Source: an uncultured virus (IMG/VR IMGVR_UViG_3300024270_000031)
Taxonomy: Duplodnaviria > Heunggongvirae > Uroviricota > Caudoviricetes
DNA length: 20,000 nucleotides
Strand: one strand, 5' to 3'
Virus record (IMG/VR): IMGVR_UViG_3300024270_000031
Location: 115,442 to 135,441 of that record
This document shows, piece after piece, positions 1-8,021 of the stretch. How positions within the stretch are numbered: position 1 is the first letter of the stretch; each line of letters begins with the position of its first letter. Both the position numbers and the translations under genes were made by a program. The notes beneath the pieces were generated by a model, which ran no database searches, was not told the origin of the DNA, and worked only from the letters and a program-made list of their open reading frames with translations.

Positions 1-2
1 CA

Positions 3-362
3 GACTCTGATAGTATGACTACTCGAATGTATGCTGAGTATTATCACAGAGACCCTGATCTCGACCTAACTGAGGAAGAGTTTAAAGAAATCGCTGTTGC
101 TGCGGATGCGATCACTAAGAAATGTCGTTGGGATAAAATTTATCTTCTCTGCCCTCACGGAGTATTTGTAGACGACCATACTAGATACATGGCTTTCAGC
201 GGCGATACAGAAAGAAGAGAACTCTTTGAGATTCTTTGTAACAATATCAAAGCTTCAGGTAATTGGGATAAGGTAGTTATCCTCGACGGCGGATATTATA
301 ATAACTTTAAGAAAATTGTTGATGATGTAAAGGAGATTATTGAAAATGGTAAAATGGCTTAA
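3..362 (+). CDS. nadR: C-terminal part of a NadR-like nicotinamide riboside kinase (AAA_28-type); 5' end lies outside the window
   Basis: The frame is open from the window start and reads DSDSMTTRMY, resembling the NadR DTD Walker-B region. It also has DKIYLL..VFVDDHTR and sits directly upstream of pnuC. Confidence 0.7.
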   Translation, partial: DSDSMTTRMYAEYYHRDPDLDLTEEEFKEIAVAADAITKKCRWDKIYLLCPHGVFVDDHTRYMAFSGDTERRELFEILCNNIKASGNWDKVVILDGGYYNNFKKIVDDVKEIIENGKMA

Positions 363-1026
363 GAATGAATTTTGGAACGGCTACACGGCTTTTGAGAGAA
401 TCTTTTTCGCTTCCTTGATTTTGCTTCAGGTAATTATGTATTTCATCGTCCCTGACACTGCTATCGGAATTATCTGTGGACTTGCGGGTGTTATCTGTGT
501 CGCTCTCACAGCAAAGGGAAAGATTTCTTCGTATATCTTTAACTTTGTGCAGATGATTACTTATATGATTATTTGCTGGGACCTTGCTCTCTATCTTGAG
601 TTTGGCGAACAGGTGTTCTACTTTATTGTTTGTATCTTCGGCGTTTTTATGTGGAAGAAGAATATGAAGAAGAATGACGACGGTACTGAACAGGTTAAGG
701 CAAAGAAGTTTAAGCTTTGGCAGTGGCTTGGGTCTGTTGGCGTAGTAGCGGTAAGTACTTTCCTTCTTGGTTATTTCGGTGAAGCCGTTCTCGGAAGCAC
801 CCTTCCTTATCTTGATGCTATGACTGTTGCTCTTGCTGTTATTGCCCAGCTTCTTATGATTTGGAGATATAGAGAACAGTGGGCGTGCTGGATTCTTATC
901 GATGTAGTAAGTTTGGTTATGTTTATTATTCTCGGTCAGTGGTCTATGGTTGCTATGTATATTGCTTGGACTGCTAATGCTTTCTACGGTTGGTATAACT
1001 GGACTAAACTTCAGAAGGCCGCGTAA
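346..1026 (+). CDS. pnuC: PnuC-family nicotinamide riboside transporter
   Basis: Multiple TM helices and PnuC-like motifs: LPYLDA...AQLLM..RYREQW..W, and NAFYGWYNW. SD AGGAG at 331-335 favours ATG 346. Confidence 0.9.
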   Translation: MVKWLKNEFWNGYTAFERIFFASLILLQVIMYFIVPDTAIGIICGLAGVICVALTAKGKISSYIFNFVQMITYMIICWDLALYLEFGEQVFYFIVCIFGVFMWKKNMKKNDDGTEQVKAKKFKLWQWLGSVGVVAVSTFLLGYFGEAVLGSTLPYLDAMTVALAVIAQLLMIWRYREQWACWILIDVVSLVMFIILGQWSMVAMYIAWTANAFYGWYNWTKLQKAA

Positions 1027-1039
1027 TTTTAAATAGTTA

Positions 1040-1059
1040 ATATTGTATAATATAATAAA
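1040..1059 (+). promoter_or_regulatory. Class II promoter-like motif ATATTGTATAATATAATAAA
   Basis: Identical 20-mer at 17377-17396; variants at 5085, 9253, 9875 and 10579, all intergenic. Confidence 0.6.
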
Positions 1060-1084
1060 TTAAATTTGAAAGGATATTTAAAAA

Positions 1085-1474
1085 ATGAAAAAACTTTTTG
1101 CACTACTTCTTTGTATTATTGTTCTGGGAACTTGCTGCGTCGGCTTTGCTTCCTGCACTGCAGCAGACAATGTAAACCACAATCTTTCCCAGGCAGCCGA
1201 CAATTTCCAATGTCTCAGAAAGATCACGGTTTATAATGCTAGAACAGACCTCATTGTTATGGAAATGGAAGGTTATATGAGTCTTTCTAATACATCTACG
1301 AGTGAGCTTGTTGTTACTTGTAAGACCGGCGCTGATGAGTACAAAAAGAATTACATCTATCTTAATGAATATGTTATCTATGTAGTCGAAGATATTACGG
1401 GCACTTCTACTGATCCCTTCCACTATAAGGTACACTTCTATACAGCCCTTCCTGATTTCGATGTAAATAAGTAA
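1085..1474 (+). CDS. Conserved phage lipoprotein
   Basis: MKK plus hydrophobic stretch plus lipobox FASC. The NLSQAADNF..LRKITVYNART motif resembles a widespread phage lipoprotein family. Confidence 0.75.
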   Translation: MKKLFALLLCIIVLGTCCVGFASCTAADNVNHNLSQAADNFQCLRKITVYNARTDLIVMEMEGYMSLSNTSTSELVVTCKTGADEYKKNYIYLNEYVIYVVEDITGTSTDPFHYKVHFYTALPDFDVNK

Positions 1475-1485
1475 AAGAATATTAT

Positions 1486-1531
1486 AAAGAACAATATAAA
1501 GATTCAGATCTTTGTATTGTTCTTTTCTTTT
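1486..1531 (+). terminator. Rho-independent terminator
   Basis: AAAGAACAATATAAAGAT-tcag-ATCTTTGTATTGTTCTTT followed by TCTTTT. Confidence 0.8.
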
Positions 1532-1540
1532 GCTAAATTA
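1532..1540 (+). promoter_or_regulatory. Class III (putative late) promoter motif GCTAAATTA
   Basis: Same 9-mer at 2973, 7981 and 10693, always intergenic and upstream of a gene start. Confidence 0.6.
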
Positions 1541-1575
1541 TACGTAAGAAAATATCACAGAAAGGGACAAACCCT

Positions 1576-2730
1576 ATGAAATTAAACGAATGGAAAGATG
1601 GTAACGGAAATAAAATTGGACAGGCTTCGTCTGCAACGGCCGCTACTATGACTAAAACAAATAAAGATAAGTTTATTAGTTTACTTTATTATATAATGAG
1701 AAACAGAGGTTCTCAAGTGCTTGATTCTAAAGTGCTAGGTCTTAATGATACTGGCTTTACTTACAGAGAATTACGTAAGATACCAACTGGTCAAGAAGAA
1801 CTAATTGCCGTAGTAATTTTTACCGATGATCGTTGGCACATGAGTATCTATAAAAACGGTAAATGTGTAGATAACTATGCAGGAGAATCATGGGAGACTT
1901 TATTAGAAGCTCTCGAGGGTTATTATAATGTTCCTGTATCTGGTACAAAGGAATATGATAAACTATGTGAGTGGCTAGACAGTAAAGGAAATAAAGTAAG
2001 TATCTCTTCTTCGACACCCACCACAAGTACTTCTATCAAAAACAATGTTGATCAGACAGACAGATATAAAAGTCTAGTGGCACAAATAGATGCTGATGGC
2101 ATTAGCACTTATACATTAAATGATTTAAATGCTACCGAACTTAATATTACAGTAAACCGTCCTAATAATAAAACTTTAGATATTAAAATAATCTATGACC
2201 CTGCTACTGACACATATACTCTGAGAATGCTTGGACGTGAGCTTAAAGGCTGTGACTACAAAAAAGATATTCTGGAATTATTAGTAATAGGAAAAATTAT
2301 TAAAGATACTAATCTCTGTGAGTCGGCACTTAATGAGTTTGTAGATAAGAATGGAAAAAAGATAAATTTAAACAATTCTGCTGCACAGACAACTAATAAG
2401 ACTTCTACTAAAAATTATCCAGACCAAACAGAAAGATATAAAAAGCTTTTAGCCCAAATTGACTCAGACGGATTTTGTAAGTATACTATTAATATATTAG
2501 ATGATAGAATACTTGCTATTACTCTTAATAACGGAGTCGGAGTAAAAATAATTTTTAAACCTTATGTTCCTTGCTACTTAGTTCAAGTCGACGGCTATGA
2601 TAATAACTGTGATACTTTTGAAGATGTTCTAAAGCTTTTAATTATCGAAGGTATTATAGGAGATACCGACTTATGTGAGTCTACTTCCTTTGCCGACGAC
2701 TTTAAGATATACGAAGATATGTGGAACTAA
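1576..2730 (+). CDS. Three-repeat protein with LxE-delimited units (putative processed internal head protein)
   Basis: Units begin LNEWKDGNGNKI, LCEWLDSKGNKV and LNEFVDKNGKKI. Units 2 and 3 align clearly (DQTDRYKSLVAQIDADG vs DQTERYKKLLAQIDSDG; DTNLCES vs DTDLCES). Confidence 0.7.
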   Translation: MKLNEWKDGNGNKIGQASSATAATMTKTNKDKFISLLYYIMRNRGSQVLDSKVLGLNDTGFTYRELRKIPTGQEELIAVVIFTDDRWHMSIYKNGKCVDNYAGESWETLLEALEGYYNVPVSGTKEYDKLCEWLDSKGNKVSISSSTPTTSTSIKNNVDQTDRYKSLVAQIDADGISTYTLNDLNATELNITVNRPNNKTLDIKIIYDPATDTYTLRMLGRELKGCDYKKDILELLVIGKIIKDTNLCESALNEFVDKNGKKINLNNSAAQTTNKTSTKNYPDQTERYKKLLAQIDSDGFCKYTINILDDRILAITLNNGVGVKIIFKPYVPCYLVQVDGYDNNCDTFEDVLKLLIIEGIIGDTDLCESTSFADDFKIYEDMWN

Positions 2731-2739
2731 TTAAATAAT

Positions 2740-2780
2740 AAAAAGAACGAGTATAAAAAGTATTCGTTCTTTTTCTTTTT
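2740..2780 (+). terminator. Rho-independent terminator
   Basis: AAAAAGAACGAGTA...TATTCGTTCTTTTT followed by CTTTTT. Confidence 0.8.
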
Positions 2781-2972
2781 CGGCCGACATGAAAAAAAAA
2801 TAATATGAGTTATATTTCCTTCTTAATCTCATATATAGAATACATATAATAATCCTACTATATATAAAATGAGTTATACCTTTTCATATATATAAATAAA
2901 ACTTCTTTCTTCCTTAAGCCCCCTTATTAAACCATCAAGTTATTAAAATAATAAATAAGTTAAAAATATTAC

Positions 2973-2981
2973 GCTAAATTA
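2973..2981 (+). promoter_or_regulatory. Class III promoter motif GCTAAATTA
   Basis: Recurrent intergenic 9-mer upstream of the HD-domain gene. Confidence 0.55.
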
Positions 2982-3111
2982 ATTGAATGGGAAAAAGGAT
3001 TGGCATAGTTAGACTCAAATCTAATATAACCTATTTAAATAGCTAACTACTTGCTTCTGAGGCTTGCTTCCTTGGAAGCTTTTAATCTATATAGAAAGGC
3101 AGCAAGAAAAG

Positions 3112-3657
3112 ATGAATATGAATTTTATTAATGCTCTTCATGCTCTTAGCGCTATAGCAGAGGGCGGAGCGGATTATCAGAAAGAATATCAAGAGTATAT
3201 AGAAGCACATAAAGAAAGAGTAAAGAAGTTTGCTTCCTGGCTAGAAGAAAATTGTCCTGAAGTTTTCGAGGGCGTCGACCTCGATGCTTTCCATGAAGTT
3301 ATTAATGAACACGATGAGTCTAAATTCTCGGAAGAAGAGTTCGAGCCTTACGCTCAGAAGTGGTATGGCAACGGAGAGAAGACCTTCGAGTATGAGGAAG
3401 CATGGAAGCATCACTGGATGAACAATGAGCATCACCCTGAATTCTGGCTGGGAGAAGACATGCCTTATATCTATATTCTTGAGATGCTCTGCGACTGGGG
3501 TTCCTTCTCTATAGATAAGGGAGACCTAAAAGAACTTTCTGATTTTTATTATAATAAAGCTATGGACGACCCGGAGAAGAATCTTTCTGATGCTACTAAA
3601 GAAATAATCCAAGATGTTCTTTCTCATATAGAGTCCGCGGCAGAAAGAGAGGAATAA
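3112..3657 (+). CDS. DUF5662-like HD-superfamily metal-dependent hydrolase
   Basis: H..V, HDESKFSEEEF, AWKHH..N.HHPE.W and MP..Y..EMLCDW motifs. ATG 3112/3118 follows AGAAAGG. Confidence 0.75.
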   Translation: MNMNFINALHALSAIAEGGADYQKEYQEYIEAHKERVKKFASWLEENCPEVFEGVDLDAFHEVINEHDESKFSEEEFEPYAQKWYGNGEKTFEYEEAWKHHWMNNEHHPEFWLGEDMPYIYILEMLCDWGSFSIDKGDLKELSDFYYNKAMDDPEKNLSDATKEIIQDVLSHIESAAEREE

Positions 3658-3660
3658 CTT

Positions 3661-4776
3661 ATGGCTGAACCTTTAAAGCTAGAATGTTCAGTAGAATTTG
3701 AAGATGAGTGGCGACAGCTTGAGTGCCATTGGGATTATAAAAGATTTTTTACTATTAAGTGTAAACTTTTTCATGGTGCTGTTTATACTGCCGCGCACAC
3801 AAAAGTATCCGATGGAGAAAGTCTTGGTTTTGCTAGCGGTAGGGACAAGTTAGAATTTTATTATCTCGAAGGTGTCTACCTTCCCATTCTAACTACCTTT
3901 AAGGCTGCCACTGTCACTGCTTACAAGACAAAAAGTAAGTTAGAAGTATATAATAATTATTATAGAAATGCAACTATATTTGAATGTCGCATACCTTTTG
4001 AAAATCTGGACTTAAAAACTTTATGTAAAGCTAACGGCTGCTTTACTGCTAAGGTAAAAGCCTTCAGCGATACTGGCGCTGTTTATGAAAAAACCTGTTC
4101 AATAAATACTGCAGCAGCGAAGCTTCCTTATTATCTTGAGTTCGCCCCAACCATGAGCGGCGTGGTAGAAGTAAAGAAGGAGACTTCCTATAGAACTAAG
4201 TGCTCTTGGACTAAGGCAGAGCCGGCTGCAGACTATTCTCCTGTATATGGCTACTGTGTAGAGCTTAGATATAGAGCAGGAGAGTCAGGATCTTTTAGTG
4301 TGGTAAAAGGACTGACCGCAGTAAAGAAAGATTCAGGCTACTGGCTTGAGAAGTCTGATCCTGCTGTTACGGCTTCTATAGAGGCACTCGAGGATGAGCC
4401 GCCGATCGAAAGTTATGAAATAGCCGGTAAAGATATTGAAGTCCCTATCTTAGGCGCCGATACTACTGAAATTTATTTTAATCCATTAGACCTGGGTATA
4501 GAGAGAGATTATCAAATAAAGGTTGCTGTATATCCTTTTACGGTTTATGGACTTTCTGTAGACTACGAGCCGACAGAGGATGAGATACTAAATAGCTCTT
4601 TACTCGCCGGTCCCGGAATTTCTTCTGAGGCACTTAATAAACAACTCGGTTTAGTAAGAATCAAAACTTCTAAGGGTTGGGTAGAAGGTCAAGTCTGGGT
4701 TAAGACCCCTAATGGCTGGAAGGAGTCCTGTGGTGTGTACACAAAAACTCCTACAGGCTGGAAAGAATCAATTTAA
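3661..4776 (+). CDS. Putative virion/tail-associated protein with FN3-like segment and C-terminal KTxxGW repeats
   Basis: SWT...VYGYCVEL resembles FN3 strands. The C-terminus carries KTSKGW, KTPNGWKES and KTPTGWKES, similar to phage fibre-type C-termini. SD GAGGA. Confidence 0.5.
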   Translation: MAEPLKLECSVEFEDEWRQLECHWDYKRFFTIKCKLFHGAVYTAAHTKVSDGESLGFASGRDKLEFYYLEGVYLPILTTFKAATVTAYKTKSKLEVYNNYYRNATIFECRIPFENLDLKTLCKANGCFTAKVKAFSDTGAVYEKTCSINTAAAKLPYYLEFAPTMSGVVEVKKETSYRTKCSWTKAEPAADYSPVYGYCVELRYRAGESGSFSVVKGLTAVKKDSGYWLEKSDPAVTASIEALEDEPPIESYEIAGKDIEVPILGADTTEIYFNPLDLGIERDYQIKVAVYPFTVYGLSVDYEPTEDEILNSSLLAGPGISSEALNKQLGLVRIKTSKGWVEGQVWVKTPNGWKESCGVYTKTPTGWKESI

Positions 4777-4783
4777 TAAATTT

Positions 4784-4812
4784 AAGGCCTCTTCACAGGG
4801 GCCTTTATTTTT
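4784..4812 (+). terminator. Rho-independent terminator
   Basis: AAGGCCTCT-tcac-AGGGGCCTT followed by TATTTTT. Confidence 0.8.
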
Positions 4813-4949
4813 ACAATTTGTTTTGGCGCGTTTTAAGCTACCTATTTCGCGTTTAAGACTGCAGACATATAAACACCAGGCCCCCTACCATAAAACTCGA
4901 TACAGAGAGAATAAGGAGCCCTGTCGTCGATGTTCTAGCCTTACCTACC

Positions 4950-5330
4950 TGTGCCCGGAAAATAATTTACAAAAAGTTTGCAAATATTTATTAAACTATT
5001 AAATTAATAAATTAATAGCTCGCCTCAATAAATAACATATTTTTCTGAAAATTTTTTAATAAATTGATAAATTACTAGATATTATACTGTATATTATTAT
5101 ATATAGATCTATAATAATAAATATTGTTTAGCTCTATAGGCCAACGGCCTAGCGGCTTGCCGCAATAGCTATATATTTTTCTCAAGATCTAAAATAAAAA
5201 TAAAAAATATATAAAAAAAATAAATATATCTATTATAGATATATAATATAACGCTGGAGTATTATATATATAGCGTTAGACGCGTGCGCGCGTGCTAATT
5301 ATTTTTCATAAAAAATTTATTTTTCGAATT
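4950..5330. other. Very AT-rich, palindrome-dense non-coding region (candidate replication origin)
   Basis: No credible ORF. Palindromes TATAGATCTATA, ATATATCTA-tta-TAGATATAT and TAACGCT...AGCGTTA; GC hairpins at 5137-5163; ACGCGTGCGCGCGT at about 5280. Confidence 0.45.
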
Positions 5331-5349
5331 TTAAGGAGTTTGATAGATT

Positions 5350-5655
5350 ATGTGTTCTAATACCACCCGTAAATCAGCTAGTTTTAAGTGCCCACATTGT
5401 GGTGCTCAATACCTTCCGGGAGAAATTTATATACCTGGTGCCTTGATCGGCCAGCCGGAAGATTTAGTAAAGGATTCTCTTGGTAAGATCATTTATGAAG
5501 ACTACCGAGAGGGAAAAGAACCCGACATGATTGAGCATTATATTTGTGATTACTGTGATAAACCCTTTGTAGTTGAAGCAACTATTACATATAAGACTAT
5601 GGCAGAAGCACCAGAGAAGGACTTTTCTACCCAATATGTCTCACTCTTAGACTAA
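5350..5655 (+). CDS. Zn-ribbon hypothetical protein
   Basis: CPHC and CDYC pairs; SD AAGGAG. Confidence 0.75.
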   Translation: MCSNTTRKSASFKCPHCGAQYLPGEIYIPGALIGQPEDLVKDSLGKIIYEDYREGKEPDMIEHYICDYCDKPFVVEATITYKTMAEAPEKDFSTQYVSLLD

Positions 5656-5668
5656 TTATACATATTTC

Positions 5669-5750
5669 AGGCTAAATTTAGTGCTAATTTGCACATTTTT
5701 GCGTTTTTTAGCACAAATTTAGCCTTTTCCTTACGCGTGCGCGTAAAGGC
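5669..5750. repeat. Two inverted repeats
   Basis: AGGCTAAATTTaGTGCTAA...TTAGCACAAATTTAGCCT (5669-5725) and TTACGCG-tg-CGCGTAA (5731-5746). Confidence 0.7.
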
Positions 5751-5753
5751 GTG

Positions 5754-5844
5754 CGTAACTTCCGAAATTACAAAAATCTCATTCTGTAACTTCTGTAATT
5801 TCGGTAATCTCATTTATTTCAAATACGTAACTTAGGAGATTTCG
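5754..5844. repeat. 31-bp tandem direct repeat containing overlapping YGWAAY-N7-RTTWCR palindromes (iteron/operator array)
   Basis: GTAACTTCCGAAATTACAAAAATCTCATTCT (5755) vs GTAACTTCTGTAATTTCGGTAATCTCATTTA (5786). Exact palindromes at 5754, 5785 and 5826; near matches at 5763, 5794 and 5803. Confidence 0.75.
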
Positions 5845-5846
5845 TT

Positions 5847-7574
5847 ATGATTAAGATTTACGAGATTTCTCCTCCACAGAAAATATCAGGCCTTAGTTCT
5901 CTTATAGTCCAATTCGACTATAATGAATACATAGTAGATTCTATTAAGACTATTCCTACTGCCCACTACCACAAGAAAGAAAAGGTTTGGGAGCTGCCTG
6001 TTTGTTATCTAGGTAGATTACTTGATAGCCTGACTTTCTTGGATGAGATACAACTACGATTACTTGATACACCGGAAAACGGTGAATTTCATTTTAATAA
6101 AAACTTTGACCTGGAGCCCTTGACCGAAATTGAGAAAGTTTCGTTCAAGATGAAACCATTCGAACATCAGCTCGAGGCTATTAACTTTGGGTTAGACAAA
6201 GAGAAGTGGCTACTCCTTGACTCTATGGGTCTAGGAAAGACTAACTCTATCATCTGGCTAGCAGAGACTCTTAAGAGGAGAGGGATAATCGATCACTGTT
6301 TCATTATCTGCGGAGTCAACTCCCTAAAGCAGAACTGGAAGAAAGAGATTCAGAAGTTCTCGACCGAGTCGGCTGTTGTACTAGGAGAGTACACTACTAG
6401 AACCGGAACTACTCGCTATAGGTCCATGGACAAGAGAGCTCAGCAACTCAAGGATCCAATAGAGGAGTTCTTCGTGATCACTAACTTAGAGTCACTCAGA
6501 GACGACCGGATCATCGAAGCTTTCAATAAGTCAGCTAATAAGTTTGGGATGATTGCTTTCGATGAAGCTCATAAGGCAGCGACTAAAACTTCTCAGCAGG
6601 GAACTAACCTACTTAAGCTTGAAGCTCCCTTTAAGATCGCCGCTACCGGAACCCTGATAACTAATAATCCCCTCTCGGCCTATGTCCCTCTCTCGTGGAC
6701 CGGGAATGATAACTCTATTCTGACTAACTATAAATCTCAGTACTGTAATTTCGGAGGTTTCAAAAACAACCAAGTTATAGGATTCAAGAATCTTGAGGTT
6801 CTACAGGAAGTTATTAAGTCGTGTTCACTTAGAAGAACTCTAGACCAAGTTAGATCAGACATGCCGCCGAAGACAGTAACCCTGGAACTTCTAGAGCCGG
6901 AAGATGATCAGCGTAAGTTCTATGAAGCAATCAAAGAAGGAGTCAAGGAAGAAGCCGATAAGATCGAACTTAAGACCTCGAGTCTCCTTGCTCTCACTAC
7001 TAGACTTAGACAAGCTTCAGCCTGCCCGAGTATCCTGACTACTCAGCCGGTTAGTTCATGTAAAGTGGATCGCTGTCTAGAGCTGATCCAAGAACTTACT
7101 TCTCAAGGAGAGAAAGTTGTGGTACTCTCTGTCTTTAAAGAAACTCTAAATGAGCTTGCAGCGAAACTCGGGGAATTTCGTTTTAGTATAAATACTGGAG
7201 ATATCCCGGATCCGGTAGTCGCTAACAACGTTGCTAGATTCCAGGATGATCCTAAGGAGCAAGTCTTTATAGGAACTTGGGGTAAAGTCGGAACTGGCTG
7301 GACCTTGAACTCTTCTTCTTACCTCATATGTCTAGATACACCTTATACAGCAGCAATGTTCGACCAGGGCACAGATAGAATCTGGAGAGTTAATAACACT
7401 CGACCCGCTTTCATTACTGTGCTCATGTGTAAGGATACAATAGACGAGAGGGTTCAGCAGATCATAGAGACTAAGAAAGAACTAGGAGAGTATCTCGTAG
7501 ATGGAGTCGAATTTAATAACACCAATAACTACAAGCTTGACGACGAACTCAGAGCAATCCTTCGAGATCTCTAA
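5847..7574 (+). CDS. SNF2-family (SF2) helicase/ATPase with N-terminal HARP-like domain
   Basis: Motif I DSMGLGKT, motif II FDEAH, motif III ATGT..N and motif VI QGTDRIWR. The N-terminal F.YN..IVDSIKTIP...YH...KVWELP resembles HARP. Confidence 0.9.
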   Translation: MIKIYEISPPQKISGLSSLIVQFDYNEYIVDSIKTIPTAHYHKKEKVWELPVCYLGRLLDSLTFLDEIQLRLLDTPENGEFHFNKNFDLEPLTEIEKVSFKMKPFEHQLEAINFGLDKEKWLLLDSMGLGKTNSIIWLAETLKRRGIIDHCFIICGVNSLKQNWKKEIQKFSTESAVVLGEYTTRTGTTRYRSMDKRAQQLKDPIEEFFVITNLESLRDDRIIEAFNKSANKFGMIAFDEAHKAATKTSQQGTNLLKLEAPFKIAATGTLITNNPLSAYVPLSWTGNDNSILTNYKSQYCNFGGFKNNQVIGFKNLEVLQEVIKSCSLRRTLDQVRSDMPPKTVTLELLEPEDDQRKFYEAIKEGVKEEADKIELKTSSLLALTTRLRQASACPSILTTQPVSSCKVDRCLELIQELTSQGEKVVVLSVFKETLNELAAKLGEFRFSINTGDIPDPVVANNVARFQDDPKEQVFIGTWGKVGTGWTLNSSSYLICLDTPYTAAMFDQGTDRIWRVNNTRPAFITVLMCKDTIDERVQQIIETKKELGEYLVDGVEFNNTNNYKLDDELRAILRDL

Positions 7575-7968
7575 GGAAGCCAGGGAACTCGGATTAGTAG
7601 TTCGCTACGATACTATAGAGTACAGAGGGGAAACTGTGAACTTCCTCTCTGATCCTCCCGGTCATCAGTGTTTCGCTCAGTGGAGAGGGAAGCTGGTAGA
7701 TCTAGGATTAAACAATATCTACTACAAAGAAGATATGTGTAAGTTTGTGGATCGAGAACTCGACCTTATAACTGACTTCCGTAATTGTCCGGATTTCGCC
7801 GGCGCGAAATTAGAGTATTTTCATAACGGCGACTTTAGAGATATTAGACTCTGCTACAAAGGTCGGATACTTAAAGTCTTCTTAGTCGCCGGCGAAGTGA
7901 ACGAAACTTTCCTAATTTCGGAATCAACCCGGATTCTTAGAACGCCGGGAATTATTGACGAAACTTGA
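7501..7968 (+). CDS. Hypothetical protein
   Basis: 155-aa ORF filling the gap after the helicase, with AGGAG upstream. The start is uncertain because of a 74-nt overlap. Confidence 0.65.
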   Translation: MESNLITPITTSLTTNSEQSFEISKEARELGLVVRYDTIEYRGETVNFLSDPPGHQCFAQWRGKLVDLGLNNIYYKEDMCKFVDRELDLITDFRNCPDFAGAKLEYFHNGDFRDIRLCYKGRILKVFLVAGEVNETFLISESTRILRTPGIIDET

Positions 7969-7980
7969 TCAATTTCGTTT

Positions 7981-7989
7981 GCTAAATTA
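7981..7989 (+). promoter_or_regulatory. Class III promoter motif GCTAAATTA
   Basis: TTTGCTAAATTATACG is identical to 1529-1544. Confidence 0.6.
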
Positions 7990-8021
7990 TACGATTGAAT
8001 TTTTGTAAGGAGAATTACATA

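Noticed and set aside
4712..5002. 96-aa + strand ORF
   Set aside because: It overlaps the previous gene, runs through a terminator and has no SD or protein-like features.
5754..5844. CRISPR mini-array
   Set aside because: The repeats are directly tandem with no unique spacers, and no cas genes are present.
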